Assembly: GCA_024638765.1 (NCBI GenBank)
Contig: JAHEJT010000004.1
Coordinates: 174 to 64,173, forward strand
From: Verrucomicrobiales bacterium
GTDB taxonomy: Bacteria; Verrucomicrobiota; Verrucomicrobiia; Verrucomicrobiales; DEV007
Length of the DNA stretch: 64,000 nt
Direction of reading: 5' to 3'
A model generated the notes under the pieces. That model was not told the DNA's origin, did no database searches, and worked only from the letters and a program-made list of their open reading frames with translations. This document shows, one piece after another, positions 18,075-26,980 of the stretch; within the stretch, counting starts at the first letter, position 1; each line of letters begins with the position of its first letter. The position numbers and the translations under genes were made by a program.

Positions 18075-19001
18075 TCAGCCCGCGGCGATGCATTCGCGCA
18101 GGACCCCAAGATGACGCGGGATCGCGACGTAAGGATCTTCGTTGTCCTCATATTCCAAGACGATGTACCCGCGATAATTCGCGTCTCGCAGAATTTTCAC
18201 GAGCCGGCCGAAATCCGCGGGCTCTTTCTGACCGTCCCGCGGAATGTGCACCTTGAACTGGACGTTGACGGCGTAAGGCGCGGCCCGAGCAAATTCTTTA
18301 TAGGGATCCGGGGTCCTGGCAAAGTTGCCGGAATCGAGATTGACGCCGAACCACGGCGAATCGACGGCTTTTACGATCCGAAGGAATCGATCGATGTCCG
18401 TCATGAAATCGTGATTTTCAATGGCCAGGATCACGCCTTGCCCGGCGGCGATCTCACAAGCCATTTGGAGATTGGCGATGATATTCTCCTCTGCCTCCTC
18501 GCTCACGGCTCCCTTTCCGCGGGGTTTTCCGCCGAAGACGCGGATTACCGGCGCCCCCATGGCGGCATAGGACTCGATCCACTGGCGCGTGTAAGTGAAT
18601 TGTTCCTCGAGTTCCGGCCCCTGCGGGAAGGAGAAGTTGTTACCGATGGCGCCTCCGCTGATGTGGAGACCGAGGATATGCGACCGGCGCTTGAGAGAGT
18701 GCGCGAGAGAGGAAGGACAGGGATGCGGCAGGAAATAGGAGGTCACCTCGGCGCCATCGAGCCCCTGCCCGGCGCAGTAGTCGAGGAATCCCAGCATGTC
18801 GAGGGGTTCGTCGCCGGTGGGGGAACCCTTGCGGTAATTCGGCAGGAACTGGCGGAAAGAATACGCAGCGAGACTGAGCTTGAATCGCGCGCCCGCGGAG
18901 CGCTCCAGAGGCTTCATCGCGTGCAGAGGTCCCGCACTCAGGAGACAGCCGGTGGCAAGACTGCCCCGGAGGAAGTCCCGGCGATTGAGGAATCGGTTCA
19001 T
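18075..19001 (-). CDS. TAT-exported xylose-isomerase-like TIM-barrel protein
   Basis: Twin-arginine signal MNRFLNRRDFLRGSLATGCLLSAGPLHA. TIM-barrel family pattern (AIENH..., YIVLEYE). Confidence 0.75.
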   Translation of the reverse strand: MNRFLNRRDFLRGSLATGCLLSAGPLHAMKPLERSAGARFKLSLAAYSFRQFLPNYRKGSPTGDEPLDMLGFLDYCAGQGLDGAEVTSYFLPHPCPSSLAHSLKRRSHILGLHISGGAIGNNFSFPQGPELEEQFTYTRQWIESYAAMGAPVIRVFGGKPRGKGAVSEEAEENIIANLQMACEIAAGQGVILAIENHDFMTDIDRFLRIVKAVDSPWFGVNLDSGNFARTPDPYKEFARAAPYAVNVQFKVHIPRDGQKEPADFGRLVKILRDANYRGYIVLEYEDNEDPYVAIPRHLGVLRECIAAG

Positions 19002-19089
19002 GAAATCGGAGGAGGACGGCTCTTCCAGGAGCGCGTCGCGTTCCGCATTATGAACGCGGGGCGAAAAATTGTCGAATCCCGTTTCCCCT

Positions 19090-19497
19090 TCAGGGGTTCT
19101 TCTTATAAGCCAGAGAACCCGCCTGGATCTCGAGGAAGGGTTCGGCGGATTCGCGGGCTTCGACGGAAAGACCCGGCAGGCCGAAGGAGTTTCCGGCTAA
19201 GGCGCCGCTGGTTGCCGTCGCCCCGGAGACGATGTTGTCGATGGTGGCTTCGACATCGCCCGGGACCACGAAATCGACGCCGGCGACCTGGGCGGCGGAG
19301 CAAATGGAAGCGAGGGTCTGGGCGTTGCGGCGGTTTATGGTGGGATCGACCGCCTCACTGGTGAGCCCGATGACGGTGGGGATCAGGATTCCGGCCATGA
19401 TACCGATGACCATAATGACGACCAGCAATTCGACCATGCTGAAGCCGGGCGCAGGGCGGCGCCTTGGAGGAGCTGAGTTCCCGTGGGGATGAATCAT
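19090..19497 (-). CDS. Type IV pilin-like protein, paralog 1 (prepilin-type N-terminus, no Cys)
   Basis: Leader MIHPHGNSAPPRRRPAPG / FSMVELLVVIMVIGIMAGILIP. Shares NRRNAQTL..AAQVAGVDF..GLPGLS with 19797..20222 and 25059..25463. Confidence 0.85.
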   Translation of the reverse strand: MIHPHGNSAPPRRRPAPGFSMVELLVVIMVIGIMAGILIPTVIGLTSEAVDPTINRRNAQTLASICSAAQVAGVDFVVPGDVEATIDNIVSGATATSGALAGNSFGLPGLSVEARESAEPFLEIQAGSLAYKKNP

Positions 19498-19518
19498 GGT
19501 TAGAATCTCTAAAATCCA

Positions 19519-19547
19519 TATCTACACTAATTTTCAGGATTAGTCAA
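19519..19547 (-). promoter_or_regulatory. Candidate sigma70-type promoter of pilin paralog 1 (TTGACT-17-TAGATA), within the shared GCTTGACTAAT context
   Basis: The minus strand reads gcTTGACTaatcctgaaaattagtgTAGATAtgg. The -10 is weak because it lacks the terminal T. The -35 context is shared by all three pilin genes. Confidence 0.35.
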
Positions 19548-19796
19548 GCTATCTTGAGCATCGCCTCCCCAGGTGGACGGCGGTTCCAGGGAGGTCCATC
19601 GTTGCGCTTCAGACAGTTACCCGGCCTTCTTTCCCCGGATGGCGGCGGCGCTCTTCGCCAAAGCCAAGGCCTGCCGGGAGAAAGGCCGGACGGAGTGTGC
19701 CGGCAGGAGGAATCGCCCAGGTCTGTTATGCCGTTTCAGCTTCCGCGGGTCGCCGTCGAGATGCGCCCTCAGGCAGGCCGCCCTTAACCACCGGGG

Positions 19797-20222
19797 TCAG
19801 CTCCCGATATCGGCGTTATACACGAGCATGCCGTGCTCAATGGCAAGGTAGGTAGCGGCGCGCTGCTGTTCCACGACGCTGAGGCCGGGAACGCTGAAGG
19901 TGTGACCGGCAAAAACGCCTCCGTTGGGCACACCGCCGTCGACAATGTTCTGAACCGTGTTCTCGAGGCTGCCGGGGTCCAGGAAATCGAGACCCGCCAC
20001 CTGAGCCGAGACGAAGACGTTGGTGAGATTCTGTGCGTTGCGCCGGTCCTTGGCGAGTTTCGAGGAAACCTCATTGAGACCGGTGATGCTCGGAATCAGG
20101 ATCGACCCGAGGATTCCGATGATCGCGATCACCGTGAGCATTTCGATGAGGCTGAAACCGCCCTGTGACTTGCGGGCGAGCCTGCGACTCTTCTTCGTCC
20201 CCTGGAATAAAGCTTGTTTCAT
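19797..20222 (-). CDS. Type IV pilin-like protein, paralog 2
   Basis: ORF 19797..20510 trimmed to ATG 20222 (MKQALFQGTKKSRRLARKSQGG / FSLIEMLTVIAIIGILGSILIP). DRRNAQNL..SAQVAGLDF..SVPGLS. Confidence 0.85.
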   Translation of the reverse strand: MKQALFQGTKKSRRLARKSQGGFSLIEMLTVIAIIGILGSILIPSITGLNEVSSKLAKDRRNAQNLTNVFVSAQVAGLDFLDPGSLENTVQNIVDGGVPNGGVFAGHTFSVPGLSVVEQQRAATYLAIEHGMLVYNADIGS

Positions 20223-20250
20223 TTTCCCCTGTCCTATTCTCAACATTATG

Positions 20251-20279
20251 AATATTGCCGATTTTGCTGTATTAATCAA
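20251..20279 (-). promoter_or_regulatory. Candidate sigma70-type promoter of pilin paralog 2 (TTGATT-17-AATATT)
   Basis: The minus strand reads gcTTGATTaatacagcaaaatcggcAATATTcat, about 22 nt upstream of ATG 20222. Confidence 0.4.
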
Positions 20280-20627
20280 GCTTATTCTGCTCATTATTAG
20301 CAATTTTTTATTTTTACGGCTCTCATTTTTGAGAGGAGGGCCGGCCCTTGCGCGCTGCATGGGGCGACAAAGAGGGAGATAATTCACATAACTCATTGAA
20401 CATGAGTTATTTATAGATTCTTGCCGGGCCTGCTGGAGAATCCTTACGCGGTGCAAGCGTCGCGGAACCGGGGTGAGAGCGGGGAGCGGGAGTCCGAGGA
20501 CGCCCATCAAGGCACCGCAAGTGCGCGTCAGGGCATTGAAATCAAGGCGCCTCCCAAAGGGCGCCCGGGGGGAAGGGAGTCACGGACCGGGATCAGCCGG
20601 CGCCTCGCACCCCTCAAAGAGCTGGGA

Positions 20628-21068
20628 TTAGAGGGCCGCTGATTCGGGCTTGGAGAGCCCCCACTGCACCATCTGGGAGAGCTTTTCTACAGTCACCGGC
20701 TTGTGCAGCACCCCGAAAAATCCTTCGGCGCGGAACATCTTGCCGGCGCCTTCTTCGAAGTAGCCGCTGGTCGCGATGATGCGGATGTTCGGATCGAACT
20801 CGAGCAGGGCCTTGGCGGCTTCGATTCCGGAAAGACCACCTCCCGGAAAAGTGAGATCCATGATCACGAGCGAAATCGGCTCTCCGCACTCGTAATTCTC
20901 CCGATAGATATCGAGAGCTTCCTCGCCGTTGGCTGCCAAGACTGGCTTGTGCCCGAGAGTTTCGAGGACCGCTTTGGTCACCATGAGCATACCCTCTTCG
21001 TCGTCGACGACCAGGACCCTGGCCCCGCTTTCGACGCGAGGTTGATCTTCTGTTGCAGTAGATTCCAT
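20628..21068 (-). CDS. Stand-alone CheY-like response-regulator receiver protein
   Basis: ORF 20628..21116 trimmed to ATG 21068. VLVVDDEEG, LVIMDLTFPG (phospho-Asp), IIATSGY and HKP are all present. No output domain. Confidence 0.85.
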   Translation of the reverse strand: MESTATEDQPRVESGARVLVVDDEEGMLMVTKAVLETLGHKPVLAANGEEALDIYRENYECGEPISLVIMDLTFPGGGLSGIEAAKALLEFDPNIRIIATSGYFEEGAGKMFRAEGFFGVLHKPVTVEKLSQMVQWGLSKPESAAL

Positions 21069-21129
21069 TGTTTTCCTTGGTTTGTTTCTTATCCGCAGAT
21101 GTCGCTCCCGCGTCACAGCTTGCCAGTGT

Positions 21130-23304
21130 CTACGCGGTGTAACTCAGTCCCCGGATTTCCTCGAGAGTTGTGTTTCCAGCCAGGATGTTGCGAAGTCCTT
21201 CCTGGTAAAGCGTCAGCATGCCGTTTCTGGCGGCCAACTCGCGGAGCTTGCTTTGGGGGGCGCCTTCCTCGACGAGATCGCGCATCTCCATAGTCACGGT
21301 CGTCATTTCCATGAGAGCCAATCTCCCTTTGTAACCCGTGTTATGGCATTCCTCGCAGCCGACCTTCTCGTAAATGGGATGTTTCAGCTCGCCCTTGATT
21401 ATTCCCTGCTTTTGAAGAATCTCTTCGATTTCCTTGGTCTCTTCGGAAGGTCTCTTGCAGTAAGGGCAGATCCGGCGCACCAGCCTCTGTGCCTGGGTCA
21501 TGGCCAGAGAGTCGCAAAGCAGGAAGGCGGGCACCCCCATGGAAAGCAGCCGGGAGATAGCGCGCAGGCAGTCGTTAGCATGCAATGTGGTCAAGACGAG
21601 GTGACCCGTAAGCGCCGCATTCACTGCGGCGGTGGCGGTCTCTTCGTCGCGACACTCACCGATCAGAATGACATCCGGGTCGGAACGCAGTAAGGCGCGC
21701 AGACCTGTAAGGAAATCGATGCCGTGGATAACATCGGTCTGCGTCTGGTTGATCCCTTCGATTTCATATTCGATCGGGTCCTCGATAGTGTGAATGTTGA
21801 TATCCTCTTCATTGACGCTGTTGAGCAAGGCGTAAAGGGTGGTGGTTTTACCACTACCGGTCGGTCCCGTCACAAGGATGAGACCCTGGTCGCGCGTCAT
21901 GGCGTTGGCCACGATATCGCTTTGCCGCTTGGAGAAATTCAACTCCGAGAGTTCTTTCAAGCCGTCCTGCTTGTCGAGGAATCGAAGAATCAATTTCTGA
22001 AGATCCTTCCGGCAAGGTACCGCTGCGGCACGGACGTCGACGCGGCGCGAGCCAAGAGACATCGCAAAGCGACCGTCCTGGGTATCCTTCCGGTTCTGCC
22101 CCATGTTGGCATAGTTCTTGATCAGGGCGATGAATCGCGGGAGGAGTTCCTCGGAACCGCTGTAAATAGTTTTCAGACTCCCGTCGATACGGGCGCGGAA
22201 GCGGGCCGTGTTATAATAGCGCTCGAGATGGACGTCACTGGCGCCTGCCGAAACCGAGTTGTAAAGAACCCAGTGGATGATTTCTTCGGCACTATGATTG
22301 ACGTTCTTGGGATCGATCGCGTAAACATCCTCAGGAATGATTTCGACCAAGTTCGTGCTGTCGGAATAAGCGTAATCATCGTCAGAAAGCGTGGCCGAAT
22401 CCATGCTTAGGCCGATGTCGTTACTGCGGGCAATGGCTTTGCGGATGGCCTTGCTGTCAGCAAGGACGTTGACGAACTCGATGGGATCGTTGCCTGAGGA
22501 GAGCCATTCGTCCTCGAAGGCGTAATTCTTTTCGGTCTCGCTGAGCAGGTATACGCGATGCTTGCCGGTATAGACCGGGTAGACGCCGTGCTTTTCCAGG
22601 AGCAGGTTCGGAAACTCTTCCTGGCGAGGCGCGTCCTCGGGATTAAAGCAGAGCACCGGCCGGCTGGCCGCGAGATAATGGAGGGCGATTCCCAGATGCG
22701 GCTGTATCGCATTGAACTTGGCGATATCCATTTCATCGCCTTTTTTCGCCGCGTCATGGTAAGCGCGCGCAAGCCGCTCACGCTCCACTTCATCGTAGGG
22801 GTAATTCTTGATCAGCCAGTCAAAGGCCGCTTCCAAATTCCCCTGTTCGATCTCGGGTTTGGGGAGGTGCTCGAGAGGATTTTCCTTGGGCAGCGGATTC
22901 GCAGAAACGCGCTGCACGATTTCCCGGCGGATATTCTCGTACTGAGTGGGGTTAATCGCCACCTTGACACTGAGGCAATCAGGCACTCCCCAGACTTCCT
23001 CTGATTTAGGATTGTGGTGGGCGAAGACAAGCAGCGGGCCGAGGTTGGTTACGGGAAGCCAGGGCTCCTCGCTGTGGGGCCAGCGGCCGAGGTGGCGGAC
23101 CAGCATCTCCGCCTCTACGTTGCAGGAAGCGCGCGGCAGTTCCACCGGCATGATGCCAAAGTGAACGGCCACGCCTTCGAGCGAAACCAGGCTACTGGCT
23201 TCTTTAGGCTGATCCCGCTCCGGGTTCAACAGGCGCGATTCGAAGGCGGAACTCACTTCTCCGGCTTCGTTGCCTTGGTTGACTTCTACTTGGCCTAGGT
23301 TCAT
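21130..23304 (-). CDS. pilB: PilB/GspE-family secretion/pilus-assembly ATPase with a long N-terminal region
   Basis: Walker A GPTGSGKTTTLYA. Tetracysteine CPYCKRP...CEECHNTGYKGR. 724 aa. Confidence 0.9.
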   Translation of the reverse strand: MNLGQVEVNQGNEAGEVSSAFESRLLNPERDQPKEASSLVSLEGVAVHFGIMPVELPRASCNVEAEMLVRHLGRWPHSEEPWLPVTNLGPLLVFAHHNPKSEEVWGVPDCLSVKVAINPTQYENIRREIVQRVSANPLPKENPLEHLPKPEIEQGNLEAAFDWLIKNYPYDEVERERLARAYHDAAKKGDEMDIAKFNAIQPHLGIALHYLAASRPVLCFNPEDAPRQEEFPNLLLEKHGVYPVYTGKHRVYLLSETEKNYAFEDEWLSSGNDPIEFVNVLADSKAIRKAIARSNDIGLSMDSATLSDDDYAYSDSTNLVEIIPEDVYAIDPKNVNHSAEEIIHWVLYNSVSAGASDVHLERYYNTARFRARIDGSLKTIYSGSEELLPRFIALIKNYANMGQNRKDTQDGRFAMSLGSRRVDVRAAAVPCRKDLQKLILRFLDKQDGLKELSELNFSKRQSDIVANAMTRDQGLILVTGPTGSGKTTTLYALLNSVNEEDINIHTIEDPIEYEIEGINQTQTDVIHGIDFLTGLRALLRSDPDVILIGECRDEETATAAVNAALTGHLVLTTLHANDCLRAISRLLSMGVPAFLLCDSLAMTQAQRLVRRICPYCKRPSEETKEIEEILQKQGIIKGELKHPIYEKVGCEECHNTGYKGRLALMEMTTVTMEMRDLVEEGAPQSKLRELAARNGMLTLYQEGLRNILAGNTTLEEIRGLSYTA

Positions 23305-23365
23305 TTCGGGGCAGTCTCTAGTCTCTAGTTCTTCTTAAATCGGATTCTGGGAGGAAAGTCCGGTG

Positions 23366-23938
23366 CTATGGGGCGGCCTGAGGTGGGATCGGAGGGATCT
23401 TGGGTTCCGGATCCTGGCTGGTGTAACTTGAAAGCGCAGAAGACATCCGCCCTTGACCGGAAGTGCCATCCGCGCCATTGGTAAAATCGATTTTGATACC
23501 GCTGCCCGCTGTGCCGGCCTTTAACAGTTCGAAAACTTTTCCGTTCCATCGGATACGATAGGTCTCGTCGTCGCTGGAGACTGCAGGATCCCAGTAAGGA
23601 GTCACGTACGGTGAACCGGCGTCGGCCAGTTCGTCGTCAGGGTGCCGCCACTGCAAAGTGGTAAGGACATCCATCTCGTCATCGGTATTGGCATCATCCC
23701 GGGCGAGCACGATCTCGTAATTGGTCTGCCCGAAACTGGCGATACAGTTGTTCAGATGGTTGATGAGATCCTGTGCAGCCCCATTTTTCGAGCCCTCGCG
23801 CACGCGGCTGAAAGCGGCCAGGGCACCGGCGGTGAGCACTCCGACGATAGTGATGGTCGTCAGGATTTCAACCAGCGACATGCCTCCGCGATTGGTGCGC
23901 GCGGTGGATGAAATTCCTTTGTGAAGTGATGTCCTCAT
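23366..23938 (-). CDS. Pseudopilin / minor pilin (prepilin-type N-terminus)
   Basis: NRGG / MSLVEILTTITIVGVLTAGALAAF. Confidence 0.8.
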   Translation of the reverse strand: MRTSLHKGISSTARTNRGGMSLVEILTTITIVGVLTAGALAAFSRVREGSKNGAAQDLINHLNNCIASFGQTNYEIVLARDDANTDDEMDVLTTLQWRHPDDELADAGSPYVTPYWDPAVSSDDETYRIRWNGKVFELLKAGTAGSGIKIDFTNGADGTSGQGRMSSALSSYTSQDPEPKIPPIPPQAAP

Positions 23939-24002
23939 GTCTATCCAGCAGCTTCGGCGTAAAACCTGCGAACCGCGCCTGTCGCGGAAACCACAGGGCC
24001 GA

Positions 24003-24404
24003 TTAGTAGTCGATCGCGATTGACGATCCGCCTTCAGTCTTGGTCAGTCCGCATTTCTTCAGCGTGGTAACCGCCGTCGGCAACGCGAGACCATAGTTTG
24101 TCGGCATATAGCTGTTGAACGAGTTAGGCGCGAACGCCAGGTAAGGACTCACCAGGTTGTAGCGCTGCTCGCTCGTAGCGCCGCTCCAGGCAGTGCCCGC
24201 GGCGTCACGGCCGTTGGCCTGGACAAAAGAGGCAACTCCCATGTTCATCGCTTCCGCCCGGGCGATGGCGAGGTTGGTTTCGCTGTCGCTCTTCATCTGC
24301 ACGATATTGGGAATCGCGAGGAAAGCCATAATGCCGAGGATGGCGACCGCGGCGAGGACTTCCACCAGGGAAAAGCCTTTTACTAGGGACGTCGAGTGTT
24401 TCAT
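24003..24404 (-). CDS. Pseudopilin / minor pilin
   Basis: VKG / FSLVEVLAAVAILGIMAFLAIPNI. Confidence 0.8.
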   Translation of the reverse strand: MKHSTSLVKGFSLVEVLAAVAILGIMAFLAIPNIVQMKSDSETNLAIARAEAMNMGVASFVQANGRDAAGTAWSGATSEQRYNLVSPYLAFAPNSFNSYMPTNYGLALPTAVTTLKKCGLTKTEGGSSIAIDY

Positions 24405-24434
24405 TGGAGTCTCCGATTTTCGATTTGTGGCAGT

Positions 24435-24890
24435 TTAGGATTTGATGAGACTTACTTTGGGATAAGAGGAAGATTGCCACGTTGGAAGCTCCAACCACCA
24501 TCCCAGCTTCACCATCGCGTGCGTTTGCAGGCGCGTGTTATTGGTGGTGTGATCCGTAAAGTGATCCATGGTCTCCTCGTCGAGATAAGGTTGAATCAGA
24601 TCCTCGAGTCGTTCTTGGAAAGTCCGAGCCGTGCCCCCGTCTTCGTTGTAGAGCAGGCGGGCGTCCTCGACGGTATTGAGCCCGGAGATTTCGCTGGCAA
24701 CCCAGGCGTTGACCGCGGTTTGCAAGGTAGCCTGTTGCTGACGGGCGATGACCCGGCGAGTGTCCTGGGAGGCGTTCGAGAACTGGCTGACCGCCAGGGC
24801 TCCCATGATCGCGATCACGGAGATGACAAGGAGGAGTTCCACGAGGGTAAATCCCCCCCTGCGCTTGTGCTTGTCTTTCAGGATATTCAT
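24435..24890 (-). CDS. Pseudopilin / minor pilin (G7 tract at the leader cleavage-site codons)
   Basis: MNILKDKHKRRGG / FTLVELLLVISVIAIMGALAV. Confidence 0.8.
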   Translation of the reverse strand: MNILKDKHKRRGGFTLVELLLVISVIAIMGALAVSQFSNASQDTRRVIARQQQATLQTAVNAWVASEISGLNTVEDARLLYNEDGGTARTFQERLEDLIQPYLDEETMDHFTDHTTNNTRLQTHAMVKLGWWLELPTWQSSSYPKVSLIKS

Positions 24891-24974
24891 TCGCGGGCTT
24901 CGGGTGTGATGAGATTTTGTCGAAGTAAGCGCTGGCGATTGGGGAGTGCGGAAAATTCGTAGAGGGGAAATATT

Positions 24975-25015
24975 TTGTGGAGAAAGGGCCCTCCGGCGCC
25001 GAAGCGCCGGAGGGC
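24975..25015 (-). terminator. Strong hairpin terminator after pilin paralog 3
   Basis: The minus strand reads GCCCTCCGGCGC-TTCG-GCGCCGGAGGGC (12-bp perfect stem, UUCG loop) followed by CCTTTCTCC. A second 7-bp hairpin lies at 25029..25051. Confidence 0.6.
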
Positions 25016-25058
25016 ATTGACAATTTTGTTTCAGCTAAACTTCAGCTGAAAGCCGTGA

Positions 25059-25463
25059 TCAGGTGCCGCCACCGGGAAGGTAAACGAGCATTCCGTCCGC
25101 GGTGAGGTCCAGGAAGGTACCCGCGCGGCCCTGCTCCAGGGAGCTCAAGTTCGGAACACCAAAGAAGGTGCCGTTGAACGGGCTGCCTGCGGCAGACACG
25201 GTCGCACCGGTGACAACCTTGGCGATGGTGTTGCCTTCGTTGCCGCTCACGAGGAAGTCGAGCCCAGCGGCTTGCGCCGAAGCGTAGACAGAAGCGAGGT
25301 TCTGCGCGTTACGCTTGCTCTTGGCTTCTTCGGCTGCATCGTTGATCCGGCCGATATTCGGCACGGCGATAGCGGCGATAATGCCGATGACTGCGATAAC
25401 GACGAGCATTTCAACAAGGCTGAAGCCCGAAGTATTTTTCTTTGCGATTAGTTTCGTATTCAT
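25059..25463 (-). CDS. Type IV pilin-like protein, paralog 3 (candidate major pilin; own promoter and terminator)
   Basis: ORF 25059..25493. ATG 25463 gives MNTKLIAKKNTSG / FSLVEMLVVIAVIGIIAAIAVP. KRNAQNL..SAQAAGLDF..GVPNLS. ATG 25493 is an alternative start. Confidence 0.85.
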   Translation of the reverse strand: MNTKLIAKKNTSGFSLVEMLVVIAVIGIIAAIAVPNIGRINDAAEEAKSKRNAQNLASVYASAQAAGLDFLVSGNEGNTIAKVVTGATVSAAGSPFNGTFFGVPNLSSLEQGRAGTFLDLTADGMLVYLPGGGT

Positions 25464-25532
25464 TGGTTTTGTTTCTCCAGTTATACAATGCATGACTTTT
25501 ATTGATTTTATAAGGCCATGTATAGTTGCCGG

Positions 25533-25561
25533 AATATTCCATAATTTCTATAATTAGTCAA
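25533..25561 (-). promoter_or_regulatory. Candidate sigma70-type promoter of pilin paralog 3 (TTGACT-17-AATATT) in an AT-rich island
   Basis: The minus strand reads ccTTGACTaattatagaaattatggAATATTcc. Confidence 0.4.
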
Positions 25562-25693
25562 GGAATTGCTATGGATTTTATGGAAATTGCCGGAAAAATT
25601 TCCCCGTAGCCTTCGCATTGGGGCCAGCATCCCCTGCTCTCGGTCCCCGAGAGTGAAGATTTCGTTATAACTCGTTGATTACGAGCTATTTAC

Positions 25694-26920
25694 TTAACTT
25701 TTCGGCAGGATGGTATCGCCGAGGCTGAAGATCGGGCCGTAAATGGCGTACACCAGGAGACCTACCAGGCTGCCCAGCGCCATGATCGTGATCGGCTCAA
25801 TGATCTTATCAATCTGACTCGCGATCGCGTCCAACTCCTCTTCATAGTCGTCCGCGATCTCGTTGAGCGGCTCGGTGCCCGAGCCCGTCTCCCCAGCGAC
25901 CTCCATGATTCCGCAGATGTTGCGGCCGTCGTCCCCCAGCCAGTGGGACTCCACCATGAAGCTCTCCTGAATGGAGCGCCCTTCCGAGATATGGTCCCTG
26001 ACCCGGTTGAAAAACTCCTTGTAATAGTAATTGCCCGCCCCATCCGAGGTGATGTCCAGGGCAGTGTTCAGACGCACATTCGAATCCACCAGCATGGACA
26101 GCGTGCGGAAGCTGACCGTGGCAGCCGCTTTGCGGATGATATTTCCCAGCACCGGAATCCTCACCATCACCTTCTGAACCGGCGTCTGACTCATGATCCA
26201 TCCCCATTTCTTAAAGAGCATCACCAGCCCGACTATCGGGATAAGCACGAGGTAAGGCTGTTTCAATAGGGTGTCGGAAAGCTTCATGAGAACCATGGTC
26301 GGCAGTGGCAATTCCGCCTTGAGCGAACCGTAAAGTTTCACCATCGCCGGCACCAAAGTGAAACTCATGGTAATGATGACGCCCAGCCCCAGAGTCAGGA
26401 CGATGGCCGGGTAAATCATCCCGCCGCGAAGCTTCCGGATGATGGTCATGGTCTTCTTCTGCCCGGTGGCAAGCTGCCGGAATACCCGGGGCAGCTGCCC
26501 GGATTCTTCACCGGCCCGGATCAGGGCCAGGATCTCCGTGGTGAACACCCGGGGATGTTTGGCCATGGCGTCACTTATTTTTTCACCATTGGAGATATCG
26601 TGGCAGAGATCGGCTATGATCCCCCGGTAAACCGGAGATTTCATGCGGTTGCTCTGCAACTGGAAACTCTTGACCGTGGGAATGTCTCTCTCAAAACACT
26701 TTGCCAGACCGCTGAAAAACGCCACGCGGTCAGCCAAGGGCAGGCTGGGGCTCGTCAGCCGCTGAATCTTCTCATCCAGTCCCGTGATGGTGGTGACTTG
26801 GGCAGTCTCACTGGTAGTTTGTCCCGCGCCGATCAGGGCGCGATCATCGCTAAAGGTGTCGACGAGCAAGTGCATTACCCGTCCTGTATGAACATTGGTC
26901 AGAGAGACTTTCTTAAGCAT
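25694..26920 (-). CDS. pilC: PilC/GspF-family inner-membrane platform protein
   Basis: 408 aa. Duplicated GspF-type domains with three TM segments, and a typical C-terminus (AIYGPIFSLGDTI). Confidence 0.9.
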   Translation of the reverse strand: MLKKVSLTNVHTGRVMHLLVDTFSDDRALIGAGQTTSETAQVTTITGLDEKIQRLTSPSLPLADRVAFFSGLAKCFERDIPTVKSFQLQSNRMKSPVYRGIIADLCHDISNGEKISDAMAKHPRVFTTEILALIRAGEESGQLPRVFRQLATGQKKTMTIIRKLRGGMIYPAIVLTLGLGVIITMSFTLVPAMVKLYGSLKAELPLPTMVLMKLSDTLLKQPYLVLIPIVGLVMLFKKWGWIMSQTPVQKVMVRIPVLGNIIRKAAATVSFRTLSMLVDSNVRLNTALDITSDGAGNYYYKEFFNRVRDHISEGRSIQESFMVESHWLGDDGRNICGIMEVAGETGSGTEPLNEIADDYEEELDAIASQIDKIIEPITIMALGSLVGLLVYAIYGPIFSLGDTILPKS

Positions 26921-26980
26921 CGTAATTCTCCAGCAGGTTTAAGATCGGAAATTTTCGGGCGGAATTGAAATGTCAGTGCC

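Noticed and set aside
19149-19162. 14-mer ATTCGCGGGCTTCG shared with 24889..24902
   Set aside because: A single exact 14-mer match between two sites in 64 kb (both strands) is within chance expectation, and there is no flanking similarity.
20546-20565. GGCGCC-N8-GGCGCC hairpin as the terminator of the PilB/receiver transcription unit
   Set aside because: The stem is only 6 bp and the downstream tract is T-poor (TTGATTTC on the minus strand). That is too weak to call.
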